From: Tubulanus polymorphus
Lineage: Eukaryota; Animalia; Nemertea
Length of the DNA stretch: 64,000 nt
Assembly: GCF_964204645.1 (NCBI RefSeq)
Contig: NC_134026.1
Span: 3,495,950-3,559,949 of the forward strand
Reading direction: 5' to 3'
Within the stretch, counting starts at the first letter, position 1; every line of letters begins with the position of its first letter. This document shows positions 12,401-25,900 of the stretch, in pieces. The notes beneath the pieces were generated by a model. That model saw nothing but the letters and a program-made list of their open reading frames with translations, had not been told where the DNA came from and made no database searches. The position numbers and the translations under genes are program-made.

Positions 12401-13669
12401 TGCGACTGCGGAAACAATGGAGACAACAATTGTGAACAACTGGTGGCTATTTCATCACACGAAAAAAGCTCTACAGAACTGAATTTACTGAGTGAAGATA
12501 AACAAAGTTTGTTATCTAGTTCTATTAGTGCGGAAACTAATACACTCACGAATAAGGACAATCTTAAAAATGATGTGCAGACATCATTAGCAGCAGATTG
12601 TGATGATGTTAAACATAGTAATTCCGAAATTAGCGAGTCAGATATTGATCAAAGCCTGTCAGATATTAATCATAGCAGATCTGATATTAATCATAGCAAA
12701 TCGGATATCAATCATAGCAAGTCCGATGTAGCTCGTCAAAGCAAATCAAAAAGCAAGAAAATTTTCAAAACAAAAAAGACCCCATCACAAGCCAGTACAG
12801 ATGAAGACAACAGTCTGCAGGAAGTACGATTATATGTTCAAGGTCATTCTGATATTGTACTCTTGTTATTGATGACGCCGTCTGCAGCTGAAAATCAAAG
12901 TCTGATTAAGGAATTGGTAAGCATGAATTCACCTATATTTGAATTGCAATTATGGCTTATTTTGAGCATTGAAAAAAGTCGAAAAGCTGGGATGAATTAT
13001 TTTCTTGATAGTGGAAAACATCAGTTACTCAACTAGCCGACTTGGAGATGCAGATCAAAGAATGCTTGCAGACAGCAGAAGAAACTAAGGTATATTCGTG
13101 AAAGCTTCATTAGCAGTGTTTCCAATGGATGCATTTACCTTTACACGAGTACCTCTTATTTTCAGCATGTTCCTAACACCTATAGTTATCTCAACTATGA
13201 TTCATTTGAACGCAGCCTTCAGGGTAAGTACGGATGAAAATTTCAGGTTTCACTCATGGCATTTCACATAATTTCATATCAAAGTCTTTTCCCGTCTTCG
13301 TATTCTGTAGGTAATATGTTGTGTCCAGTATCTTCTGTGGAGAATGATTTTGTGGAGATCGCTAACAATTTGCACAACGATTTTTCCAAATCTCCGGAGA
13401 CTTCTAGTGTCACTCTTAAGTAAGATCCATATAGGCTGTCGATGAATGAGATTTTTGAATTTCCATTGAATTGTTATCAATTTCATTTCAGAAGTCACTC
13501 ATGCTTTGTCTATGGACATCAGGGAGCTACGAGTGAAACATATTTCACGCCGAATTTAACTCCGAAGCAACATGCAGACATTCCTGATCCTAAAGATCCA
13601 AATTCATTCATCTTAGAACCGAAAGTTCAGAAACTCCTACAAAAGGATTTAAACATCACTACGATCTAG
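9431..13669 (+). CDS. HPS4: Hermansky-Pudlak syndrome 4 protein (BLOC-3 subunit), 12 exons
   Basis: Exons ~9431-9447, 9740-9836, 9912-10055, 10192-10299, 10488-10714, 10829-10898, 10991-11015, 11094-12916, 13012-13089, 13166-13223, 13311-13419, 13492-13669 splice in frame. FFIYD..KEEDD..AIIYFFP, CGQLMG, HILQ...ILGGCII, QLP..LAAK and C-terminal ETYF..PDPKD..F.L..KVQKLL match HPS4 longin domains around a long disordered insert. Confidence 0.9.
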
Positions 13670-15123
13670 ATTCTGGGTCAAAATTACGAATCATCCTCTG
13701 ATAGTGTCTTACTATGGACTCTAAAATTAGAGGTCCATGGTTTAACGGAGAACAAGACACTTAAAACTGTACAATAATTTTCATGACTTGTTAGTGCAAT
13801 GGTAAAATTGTCCATTTTTCCATGCCATTAACAGTTATTTCAAGATTCAAAATTTATATCGTTAATCTGAATAAATCAAGTGGTAAACGTTTTAGATTAG
13901 ATGGTGCTATAAATAATCCGTCCTGGATGTTTTTACTCTGCCGACTGGTTCGGCATCTATTGTCTTCCATATACATGTATAAAATGTTCAGACCCCGATT
14001 CAGTGTGCTATGATTTAGTGAAAGAAAATCTGTAAGAAAATATATCTGTAATAAAGTATATTAAATGGATTCTGCTTTGCTGTAGTTGGGAAATCCTCTT
14101 CATTCTGTATTACGTCACATTGAAGATTATATTCAATCCAGGCCGCTCGGTATTTTAGACCTGTAATTCACACATTTCTGCAGGGATGTATGCAGGATTT
14201 ACAAAGCGTATGCTCTGTTGAAAATTGGTCTCATTTTCCTGAATTCTGGGCATTTCTTTTGATCATACCATATATGGTAGTAATTAAAATGGCTCCAGCA
14301 CACGCCCGAATCTGAACCCGGTCTGTTGTACACTTGGATCGTGATCACGAAAAAAGATTTCCAACTTCTGCAGCGTTCATGCATCAGGAATTCGTTCTCG
14401 AGTGTCCTCGTAAGATTCTGATCCAGAGAATATGTTTGGTAACGTTTTCATCAATCTTTTTTCATACTTTTGCAGTACGAACCAACTAAAACAAGTGCTT
14501 ATGTACAGGCTTGATTTTATTATCTTAACTGATATATAACTACATAAGTAAAACCAAATTTTATTCAGTTTCAAATACTACATATACATATTACATACAA
14601 GCAACAAATTCAAGATATACGCTTATCTGCAACTGACACAATAGTGGTAATACCGGTCTGGAAAATATTTACAGAAACAAAATAAGTTAATTCTTGCCAC
14701 AAAATGTTAGCCTTCAGATAAAACAGAACATACATTGAGTCTAATGTAGAGAACTCCTACTTATCAAGTCACATAGTTTTCTCTTAGGAACAATAACAAC
14801 TTTCTATAAACCCATCCATTTATAAGTGCCGAACTATACAATCGCAATGGCCCCAATAACAAATATTCCCGCTCATAGTTATATGTGAACTCCATTAAAT
14901 ACAAAGACAGTTGAAATTACGGTTTAGGTAGAACTTATTAAGAATCATTGTGTGAATAATGCTGCTAGCTCCAGTAATAACACAATAATCACCAACTTAT
15001 ACGATCAATAAAACTTGACCAATTTTACGAAACACTAAGCGTGCTCGGAAGGAACTGAGACTGAAAGGTCACCATTCAGAATATGACACTGGGTACGCGG
15101 ATGATATACCGAGAACGATCAGT

Positions 15124-18100
15124 TCATTTATATCCAGGAGGGGGTTGTGGTATCTGCTGAGACGTAAATCCGAGTCCGATCCCGCGATGCGTATGCGTTG
15201 TCATTCGCGCGAATTCGTAATCCTGATCGAGTCTCTGAAACAGTTCTTGCTGTTTCTTTTTCTGTTCTTCGCTCATTTTCGACGAGTCGGTACTCGCGTG
15301 TTCTACAGAAGCGCCGCCGCTCGTTTCACCTTTTATACCCATCAGTTTACGGAACTTTGCGGAAACTTTACCGTCCTGGTCCTGTGAGAATACCGTGCCC
15401 GACCATTGGTCCTTATTCTCCTATAACAATAGAAAACGAAGTAAATTTCGGTTACAAATAGATACCATAAACATTTTAATCAAATAATTCATAATATCGG
15501 TAATACCAATTCAGGGTACCACTTTTGACTTGCTTTTTCCCTGACATGAACATTGTTTTCCCGGACGGACTCGGGTAATAATATTAACACAGTCAAATAC
15601 ATAATAGATGGAAACCGTTTGATTTTTTGCGCCATCTAGCCATCTCAACAAATTTCCCTGACTTTCAGCTATTTTACAAAATTCCCTGATTTCCAAGTAA
15701 GTGGCAACCATGCAATTTTATTACCTCCTTCTTTTCTTTAGCTTTTGACCAAAGCAACTTTCGTTTCTGAATCTGTTCGGCGTATTTCAATGGATTCACA
15801 GCGGCTGGATTATAATACTTCGGCACCGATACACCCGTTAATTCTTGTGCCTGAAACCAATTCCGAAACAATGAATAATAATTGATGTCTTGAAACGATC
15901 AACAATTCAGAAATGTGCTAAATAACCAAGTTCCAATTCAGGTTACAAAAACACCTGAAAGGCCTATATTACCTTCTGGTGCATAGCTGCCATAGTGTGT
16001 AAGAAAGCTAACTGCGGAGTAGCCTGCGCGTTATCTGTTGTAAGCGGTTTACCGCCGGTCGCAGCCAGCAGTGGGTTCTCGTATAAAGGTAGATTACTAG
16101 GCTTTTCACCGGGGATCACTGAAATTATATAGAATCACTACGTCAGAAAATCTGTTAAGATATATCCGGAAATTCATTTTTCTAAAAACTAAAACCAAAC
16201 AAAGGGAACACGGAAACAAAAGCGAAAAAAACGTCTCTAGCGTTATGAGAGACAACATTTCTGAGATCAAACATGTTTCTCTGTCTACGTGCGTCATGTG
16301 CAATAGGCTTTAATACCGAGGACACCAAACACTACTAGACTCAAGACTTAAGATTTCAATTCTTACGCACCAGGAACTTCCTTTTTCTCAACCTCGTCAA
16401 GCTTAGGTAGGATGCCTTTCTCGATGTCTTTCTGCGCCTTCAGAAAGTTGGCTCTCAGTTGATCTTTGAACGTCATTTTCTTGTTGGTCGGACTCGGCGA
16501 TCTCTCCGATACACGCCGATGACGCGGCGAAGCGCTTCTACTTCTGTGTCTGCTTAAAGTACACGAAAACATGAAAGTACCGTACCGGTAACAGGTCAAG
16601 TAGAATCAACTGATTTTATAAACCGATTGCCACGCGTATACGTACCTTCGTTTTGGACTACCACGTCTCCTACGGTCTCTACTACGACTACGACGATTAC
16701 GACTGTGACTTCTACGACGTCGACGTCGGTCGCGACTGCTTCGTCGTTTGCGATCTCGACTGCCTCCGCGACGACGACGACTCTTCCGATCGCGACTGCT
16801 GCGTCGCCGCCGGTGACGGTCGCGACTACGCGATCTCTTACGTTTACCGCGACTACGACTGCGTTTACGACGTTCGTCACGAACTCGACTATGACTAGGT
16901 CGCGATTTCTCTTTCCGACTCACCGATTTACTCGGCTCTTCGACCTCGGCCGCAACCTCCTCAGTCGTCGGTGACTTAACTGGACTTTTCGACTTTGACT
17001 TTTTCGATTTTGGTTTTTTCTCGTCTTCCGATTCGCTATCGCTCGAATCACTGCTGCTACTGCTACCGCTACTATCCGATGAACTGTCATCGCTGCCACT
17101 ACTCGAACTCCCTGCTGTTGACTTCTTTTTCGCTTTGGCTGGAATCTTCGGAGAAGAATCGTCCTCCTTACGTTCTGCAGTTGATTCGTCCGGCTTGATT
17201 TCCATCTGCAATTGATATTAATTCTGACAGATTTCAAAAATTGACTTTTTCTCAAAAATGAAGGAGTTTCGAAGGGATTTCTGGCATTTTGCTCAATTTC
17301 AAGGAGTTTCAAGCACCTCTAAAGCATTTTCTGGGGGAGTTTCTAACTAGGAATCATGGAGCGGTAGGGACTCAAATTCACACGATTTAGCTTATCAATC
17401 TTGTAATAGAATATGATGTACTGAGGAATCATTTAAAAACCGTGACAAACCTCTTTTTTGTTAGGTGTTACTTCAATCTCTGAATTTTTCGCTGGACCGT
17501 CGCTTTCCGCTGCATTTGCCGATTCAACCTGTGAAAATAAAGATACCTTAGGTTAACTACTGTAACATTATAAGCTTTTAATCGCGGACATTCGTGATAA
17601 AATATTAGCAAATCAATAAAGAAATAACCTAACCAAGAAAACCCCGAGTTACGCTATTAAACATTTATTCAATCACACCGTTCTTTCCAACTATTTTTAA
17701 ATTAACACTTGTGCTTTTTTTCTATTTAAAAGTAGTCACGTACGTTTTTGTTTTCCACATACAAACCGTTCGAAAGTTGTTATGCCCGATCGACTGTGAC
17801 CTACCTATCGCTTTCAAGAGGTCAAATGCGGCTTGTTTCTCATCAGAGTACCATGGGGTGCATTCGCATTGATGCTAGTGGCATATTTATATAAATAACA
17901 CGTGTTATTATCGGAGCATGAACTAGTCTCATTTTATATAAGAGTGAACTCGAAAGAAATGGCAATTTTTCTGTTTTTTTTTGCTGTTGTCTGAATGAAT
18001 CGGGACCACGGGAATAATACGTAAGGAAGGTATTTTCGCTGCAATTCTCTCTCAGACACGGAGCAAGAAATGGAAGAAAATAAAGTAAATTTCGATGCTC

Positions 18101-18896
18101 TCCAAGCATTTTTTCTGTAGAATCTAAATTTTAAATCAAGGCCAGTCTAGGGAAACCTATTTTTGATTTTTGTTTGTTATGGCTATACCCGACTATACAT
18201 TTCCTTGTTTACCTGATTCACTGGTTCAGCTGATTTAACATCAACCACAGCCGGGGCTGGTACTGGTTCAGCCATTCCGATTAATTCAGCGAATGAATTC
18301 CATTCAGCTTGTAATTCTTCGGTTGTTCTCGACGAAGAATCAACCGGTACCGAAGCCTAAAATAACAAACTTTCATTATCATTCAAATGGTAATTGTAGT
18401 TTTTCCAGAATTTTTATTGAGTTGTTTTTTTTTTTTTCATTTTTCAGTAAATATACGTTTATCATCATTCCTTTATCGTTTCCTTTGTAGCTGAGCCTCA
18501 CGAAACCATCGGATCTGATACCTACGATATTATTCAAAATTATTCGGCATTTGTTTCATATTATTGAAAAAGACTTAAAATAGATTATTCATTATTGTTC
18601 CAGTTAATTCTTAGGCAATAGAATTAAGTTTTTAATTATAGAACTTTAATCAATTAAACATTTACGTGCAATAAAGCGAAAGTATGATGAATGCTTACCT
18701 CGGGAAGGGCATCAACAACTGTGCCATTTGACGTTTCGCTGTAATCTGCTTGTCGATGTTGTTTCGGTTTCTGATCGACACCCGCCATTTTGTCAATTTC
18801 GGTCAGAGTCGTCGATTTTGTCGGCGTATTTTCGACGGATTCTTCCACCGTATTCTCGTCGCTTTCATCGTTACCGTAGTTCACCAACGACGCCAT
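15124..18896 (-). CDS. RSRC2: Arginine/serine-rich coiled-coil protein 2 (SMAP domain at C-terminus)
   Basis: Exons ~18896-18699, 18356-18213, 17529-17451, 17207-16646, 16553-16371, 16118-15973, 15851-15725, 15420-15124. RS domain, then VPKYYNPAAVNPLKYAEQIQKRKLLW, KFRKLMGIK and YEFARMTTHTHRGIGLGF. Confidence 0.9.
15512..15712. mobile_element. MITE with CAGGG-type termini and 5-bp TSD (hAT5-like)
   Basis: cagggtaccact ... agtggcaaccatg; CAATT on both flanks (15507-15511, 15713-15717); internal ttccctga repeats. Confidence 0.7.
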
Positions 18897-19362
18897 TAAA
18901 CTACCGCTAAAATATCAAACCCACCTCGCTATATTAGATGCGTTCGAAGCGCTCTAAATCGCCGTAAATTAACGCGATTAAGAGAGATTAAGCGCTATCT
19001 ACGTCACAACTACCGTTCGGTTGAGTCTAAACGTAATGAACCAGGGTGCAACACCCAAATATAATACAATATAATTTTATTGAGACAAATAGTTAAATGC
19101 AATAAGCCTAAAGATAAGATACAGTACCGCTGGTGAAAAGAGGAAAAGACTCATTCGAAATTGGGTAATCGTGGATCAATTTAACCTATATCAATCCTGG
19201 ACACAGGACAAAAATCAGAAATTTATGAAAATAAAGTTGAATTGCATAGGTAGCTACTTAGTGCTGCCATCTACACTTGAGCTCTTCCGGGTTCCGTCGC
19301 TTTGTAATATGAATAAAATCCACTTCAAATGATGTTTTCACCGCTGCGTGATCGAATAATAA
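18897..19362. promoter_or_regulatory. Probable bidirectional promoter between RSRC2 and the LAP gene's non-coding first exon
   Basis: Head-to-head arrangement. The LAP ATG directly follows an acceptor (tttttgcag|tgATG), which requires an upstream exon; candidate donor aag|gttaat at ~19363. ETS-like cttccgg at ~19284. Confidence 0.5.
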
Positions 19363-19973
19363 GGTTAATTTGTTGTTTGATTTTAAACTCAGAGTCCAAA
19401 TTTGCCCGAGTATAAGAAAACTGTGGGTACATATATAGCTACATACTAAAACTGCATGTTTTAAATTAGCGAATCTGAAGAGGATAGTCTGTGTAAGAAT
19501 TGCTTGTCAATGTGTATCGCCTTATTACTAATTCACTAATCACCACAAACAGGGCGTGAATGAAATAAGGAATTTCTTATTATTGATATTTAGAAAAAAA
19601 ACACCATAGTCATATCATTATTGTTATTAAAACCTTTAAAATTTTGGTTTTGAATTAAAGGTTTCCTCCTTTCATACCACAAAGATAATCTCTGACAGAC
19701 TCTGATTGATTGAATAGAGGATTAAATTTTTAAAAGAAACTGCAATTTCATAATTTATCATGTATTGACGGAGCACACAGCCTACTTTTGATGATTAGTA
19801 TCACTTTTCAGTGTCAGGGTTTCTAATTAAAACTCTTTATTACTTATGCTGCGTTGCTGGTGAATATGATAATTATAGCAGCTTAAAACACCTACTGATT
19901 TTGAAACTTAATGCTAGGCGTTATATCAGATTTGGAATATTAATGCTTTAAAGGATCTCGTATTTTTGCAGTG

Positions 19974-22900
19974 ATGTCTAAATTCTGCGCCTGCTTCCGG
20001 CAGCCGGTTCAAGAACTGCACGTGTTAGATTTCCGTCACTGTAGCTTAGCGACCGTCCCGAGTGAAGTGTTCTCGTGGGAACGAACGCTCGAAGAACTTT
20101 ACGTTGACGCTAACGAAATAAGAGATTTACCTCGTGTATGTATCACGCACTAATTCACAGCACGTTCTCTGAGATGAACTGTTTTTAATCATTCTTGTTC
20201 ATTTCAGGAACTTTTTCACTGTCACGGTATCAGAAAATTCAGCGTTAGCGACAATGATCTACAGACTATACCACCCGCTATAGCCAGCTTAATAAACCTT
20301 GAAGAATTGGACATCAGTAAAAATGGTAAATTCATTTGAGAAGAATTCCTCCTAATTTCCTGTTTAATTAATGATTAGTTCTCAATACAATGTTTTGTGT
20401 GACCCTATCCGTGCCGAATGATTAAGTCATGATTTGAAAATTCTTAGAATATTCCACTCTAGTGCGTTGTATAATAGGTATACTGCTTAAGTGCATCTAT
20501 ATCAGCAGTGTGGTTTATCGATTGTTTCCAAATTTTTTACGATGTTCAACAGCTGTGTGAGCCATCTTTCAATGAAATTCAATACTAATTACATCAATAC
20601 ACCGCAATGTGGCGTAATAGCGAAGTCCATCACTGATTTTATGCACTGCACTGAAATGGTAAAAGAAGAAAATTTTGTCTGATGTTTTTTTCAATTCAGG
20701 GATAGTAGAGTTACCCGAAAATATTAAGGGATGCAAACGTCTGTCTATTGTGGAAGCTAGTGTGAACCCATTAGGAAGGTAATTTTAATAAATCATTTCT
20801 TTTCATATGAAAATGCGAACGTTCTAGTTTGTCGATACTGATTGTAAACTTATTAGTATTGGTAGATGAAGATTTGAATATCGATTGATTTATTGTAGGT
20901 TACCTGATGGCTTTACTCAGCTGTTGAATCTTACACAACTATTCCTCAATGATACATTCCTCGACTATCTACCTGGAAATTTCGGAAGGTAGCAAATTTA
21001 GCCATTAGATAAGATTTCATTTCGAAGGCCAAATTTCATCGAAGATTTCCTTCTACTATTTCAGACTTTCGAAATTGAAGATTTTAGAAGTTCGAGAAAA
21101 TCATCTGAAAACGTTGCCTAAATCTATGTGCAGATTGATAGAACTTGAACGTCTGGACATCGGCCAAAATGACTTGACAGAATTGGTACAAAAAACTGAA
21201 AATTAGCAACAAATCAATCATCAATATCTATATGCTTTATCAAAGTGTTGAACATTGCTATGTTTTCTAGCCTGAAGTAATTGGAAGTTTGCCCGGTTTA
21301 TTGGAATTGTGGTGTGACTGCAATCAGATAACTGCTCTGCCTGCTGTAAGTTGATTCATCTTAATTGCACAAATAGAAATGACCAGTCAATTTCTAGACA
21401 AAAAATGGATATTTTTTGGTTGATAGTATGACTTGTGATAGCATGTAGTGAAGCCATGCTATTTGGCATGTGCCCTGAATCATCTATGTAAGGTCTGGCA
21501 TGTATTTTGATATACTTAATCAGTGTTGTTATATAAACTGTACTTAAATAATGTCATTGAAGGCTATTGGTAATCTCAAACAATTGATGTATATCGACGC
21601 ATCAAAGAATCGAATTGACACGTTGCCACCAGAGATTGAAGGATGTGTTTCCCTATCTGATCTGCACTTATCTACAAATTGTCTAAAGCATATGCCAGAA
21701 ACTATTGGTAAGTCCTCGTGTTACTTCTTTATTTTCTCAGTAATTATGATGATATCATTTTTTCTAGATGTACGTCATTCTTTCGTCAACAGGTCGTCTC
21801 AGCAATTTGACTACGTTGAAAGTGGATGATAACCAACTTGTAGCATTACCTTTTTCAATTGGAGGGTAAGTTGTAGCCCTTTCATATCATTGTCACCTTG
21901 TGTTACTGACATTTTCAACAGAAAAAAAAGAAATTTCTAAATTCTGGTTTGAAAATATGACCAAATGATTATTGATTGAATATACGTGTATCTGGTAGTC
22001 TGCAATATAGAATTCTGGAATACGCTTGAAAGATATCCCGACTGTTTCATAGAATGCTGTTCTGGCAGAATAGTTATTCTGGCTGTCAGGGTTCATAGCG
22101 GTTCTTGAAAGTCCTTAAATGCTGGGAATGGGTCAATTCAAGGCCTTGAATATCATGGAATGGGCTCACGGCTACCAATTCTGGATTACTAACAGCCGCT
22201 GTCAGTAATCAAGAATTGGTAGAGTTAAAATGACCTATTTTAATTGTCTTTTTTCAATTAGATAGATTAAAGCTGATTTATTATTTTCAGGCTTGTATCT
22301 CTGTCAGAGTTGAATATCGGTTGTAATGAATTACAAGATCTTCCGCCGAGTATCGGACTGTTGCGTCATCTTCGCACGTTTTACGCCGATGAAAACTTCA
22401 TCGAAATTTTACCACCAGAGGTAATGAGATTGCAACTTTGAAAGTGACGTATTAACTAAACTATTTCAAGAATAAACTCCTAAAATCAAGCTCTGACTGA
22501 ATTTTGAATAATTCTATACTCAATAAAAACAATGCTTGAAACTAAATTCTGCGTAAAATGTTGCTGTAATTGTTGAAATCTAGTTGTGTACTAAAATGTA
22601 GTTGTAATTGTTATATTTCAGCTGGGTAGCTGCGGGGGTCTTACCGTTCTCAGTCTACGATGCAATAAACTACAGTACGTTCCCGATGAAATCGGTCGTA
22701 TTCCGCGTCTACGCGTGCTCAATCTCAGCGACAATCAACTGCTATTTCTACCGTTCAGTTTCACTCGGTTGAAACAATTGCAGGCGTTGTGGCTCTCGGA
22801 AAACCAGGTTTGTGAAAACTTTCAGGGTCCCTACAACTCCTTGAATCCTTGAAAACTCCTTGATTTTTGAATATATTTTTCAAGGTCCTTTAAAATCCTT

Positions 22901-25900
22901 TAATTTTGAGAAATATCCATAAACTCCTTGAAACTCCTTAAATTCTGGGAAAGTCCTATTAAAAATTTTCAACAGGTCCTTTTCAGAAGACACTGTATTC
23001 TATTATTCTTCATTGTATGACTTGTGAGTGAAAGTTGTTTCACTTTGAGATTTAAAGCATTTATCATGTAAAACCAAAACCGCACACACAACAACTGATC
23101 AAAATTTGAGAAAAACATGGATTTTGTTTTTGAATTTTCGACTTTTTTTCCTTATATATGACCGCGAAAACCTCCTTGAATTTTGAAAATTACTCCTTGA
23201 AAATTCCTTGAAAAGTCCTTGAATTCTGGATACCAGGAATTGTAGGAACCTTGACTTTGTTTTCAAAATCGTTCAGAGATTGAATAGGCGTATTTCTTTA
23301 ATTCTCTGACAATTGACTGATATTTCAGGCTCAGCCATTAATTCCTCTGCAAACAGATGTCGATCCTTTGACCGGACAACGGACATTAACGTGCTATTTG
23401 TTTCCTCAACAGCCGACACAAGATCAAAGTAAGCATTCTTCGTGTAGAGACACGAAACATGATTGATGTAATCGAGCCTTTTCTCTATTGCTTTATGTGA
23501 AGAATCGCGGATAGAATTTGGGAAATCACAGTTATCAATGATAATGACCAATGCAACTTAAATCTAAAGAATTACATACGTAATGGGGGGCTTTAACTGG
23601 TAACATTAACCAGTAAGATGTGAAATTGAATATGATTTACAGGTTATCCCTACGATGATGGGGCCAGTTTTCACGCATCAATGTGGGACGAAGAGCGAAC
23701 GCGTAGACAACAAATTCAGTTTGATGCTGCTACAGATGAAAGACCTGAGGTATTTAATAGCATTACTTCAAGGGAAAGGGCCTTAAAAGCCTGGTAACCC
23801 TTAACTGGTTTGCAGTCGCAACTTTTGAGGGTTTATTCCCTTCATTGAGCAGAATTGCTGCTACACCACTCGCCAACTACCTCTATAATTGCATATTTAA
23901 AATTTGTCTTCTCTATAATACAATTGCAGGGTAAAATTTTACTGGCAGCGAACACTCCATATCCTAAAGCTAATCCCCGTCACAATCGTAACCTCGCTCT
24001 TCACAACCAGTCGAAATCAGACAGCAGCCAGATATCAGCAGATAACCCGACTTACGGTGCTATAGAGGTGAGTAGTAACCAACCGTTATATTCTAATCTA
24101 ATTAGGCTATGTGTATAGTTGAGTAATAATATATACTAACATGTAATGAAGTAGTTTGCTGTGAAACAGTCTAAACAGAGAATCTTATATTGTATAACAT
24201 AAATTCTATTTATATGGGTACAAAAGTCATCTGGGCTATGCCATATCTTTGAGCAGTTAGATGTAGCTGCTATGGTTTTAATCCCAATGGATCTCTATTC
24301 AAGAGAATTAACAAAAGACACTAAAACTCTTAACGCTTGTCTTAACAGATTTTTTAGCAACATTTGTGTCATCTATTGATACCGAAATCTTTACGCAACC
24401 CTGCTTTGAAATACCCTATCGATCTTAGCTAGCATTTGATCAACTTTTGCTTACTTTATTGCAATAAAGACAAGCTGTGTTTATATGATCTGCATAAGAT
24501 TAATAAACCAGTTGCTGTGCTTAATCTGTTCTTGTAGCGCGTGTACATTTCTGTCTAGCATGTTATTAAAATGTGTTATCCCATATAGTCCAATATTAGA
24601 ATGTTTTATTTGTTGACCAGTTTAATACCCGATACAGCCCCGATATAAGGAACGGATGTAGATTGTGTATTTGAAAAAGTGACAAAGTTTCTTTATTGCT
24701 CTGTTTTAGAGTCATAATCGGGAGAATGTAATACTTGGCGGTGGTTCTCCCACTTCCCCTCTGCTGCAGGAGAGGCATTTCCTTATTAAGCATGATAAGG
24801 TAAATGTACATTTTCTTCAAGAGGGAGATATGCATTTACTTTTTTTTTCCAATTTTTTTTCTACCCTAAATTTTCATTTCATTTTCATTCATTCACTCAG
24901 CATATATAACACACGCATCTTGCATCCGTATGTTCTTCGTACACAAAAACTCTGTGCTTACAAAATCACCTAACTTGAAATTGATTATGGAAATAAAGTT
25001 GATTTTCGTTTATTTCTTGTAGGAAAAACAAGTGAAAGATAAGGCAAGGATTCAACAGCAACGAACGCTGCGAGAATCGATGGAAGAGTTAGACCAGGCA
25101 ACTGGTAGTACAGAACAACTCGATGGCAAGAATAGGAAAAAAGATTCAAAAGGTACCCGGTACCGATTGGCCACTTTCACCCATGCTTAATTGGCCCCTC
25201 AATTGTAAGCTAAAACAGGTGCCATTGTACAATTTTAGGGAAAAGTAAAGAAAAGTCTAAAACTCAGTCCAAAGAAGAGCAGAACGGTTTCAAATCAGCC
25301 GGGAGGGATGATCGCAAAGTTAGGTCGCAAGGGATGAATAGCAGTTTGCCGGTGACTGCGTTATCTCCTATAAACACGGATCATAATCACAGCATTTCGG
25401 ATTTCCGACAAGTCCAGCCAAATTCTCGAAACGTATTTCAGCCTCGACCGGGACAGTTAATCAGAGACTCGCATTCTGACTACGCTCTGCAGAATATACC
25501 AAAATATCCTCAGATGTCGTCGCCGTATAATTATCCTCCTTCGAACGCTTCGTCCTCGAAGCCTTCGTCCTCGCGATCGCAGCAAATGAGTCATCATCGT
25601 AACTATCACGTCGCGCGTCCGCATCACCACCATCATCATCATATGAATCACCATCGTTCGAATCGTAGCAGACGATTCAGAGACTACGACAGCGATACCG
25701 GGTATCGCAGCGATTCGGCCGGGTATCGTAGCGATTCAGCCGGGTATCACATACAGAAACAAATGCACCGGCCGCAAAGACGTCGAAGCGACTGCGAACC
25801 GGCCGGATACTCGAGCGACTGGGACGGATCCGTCTGCCTAATGAGGTCGCCGCATTCGTCAAAATCGACGTCGAATCGCGCGAGCGGTTACTCGAGCGAC

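Noticed and set aside
16596-17312. Overlapping Thr-rich, Val-rich and Asp/Tyr-rich ORFs
   Set aside because: Alternative frames and antisense shadows of the repetitive RSRC2 RS exon.
19263-19273. CTCF-like half sites here and at ~60945-60956
   Set aside because: Only partial matches to the motif; expected by chance.
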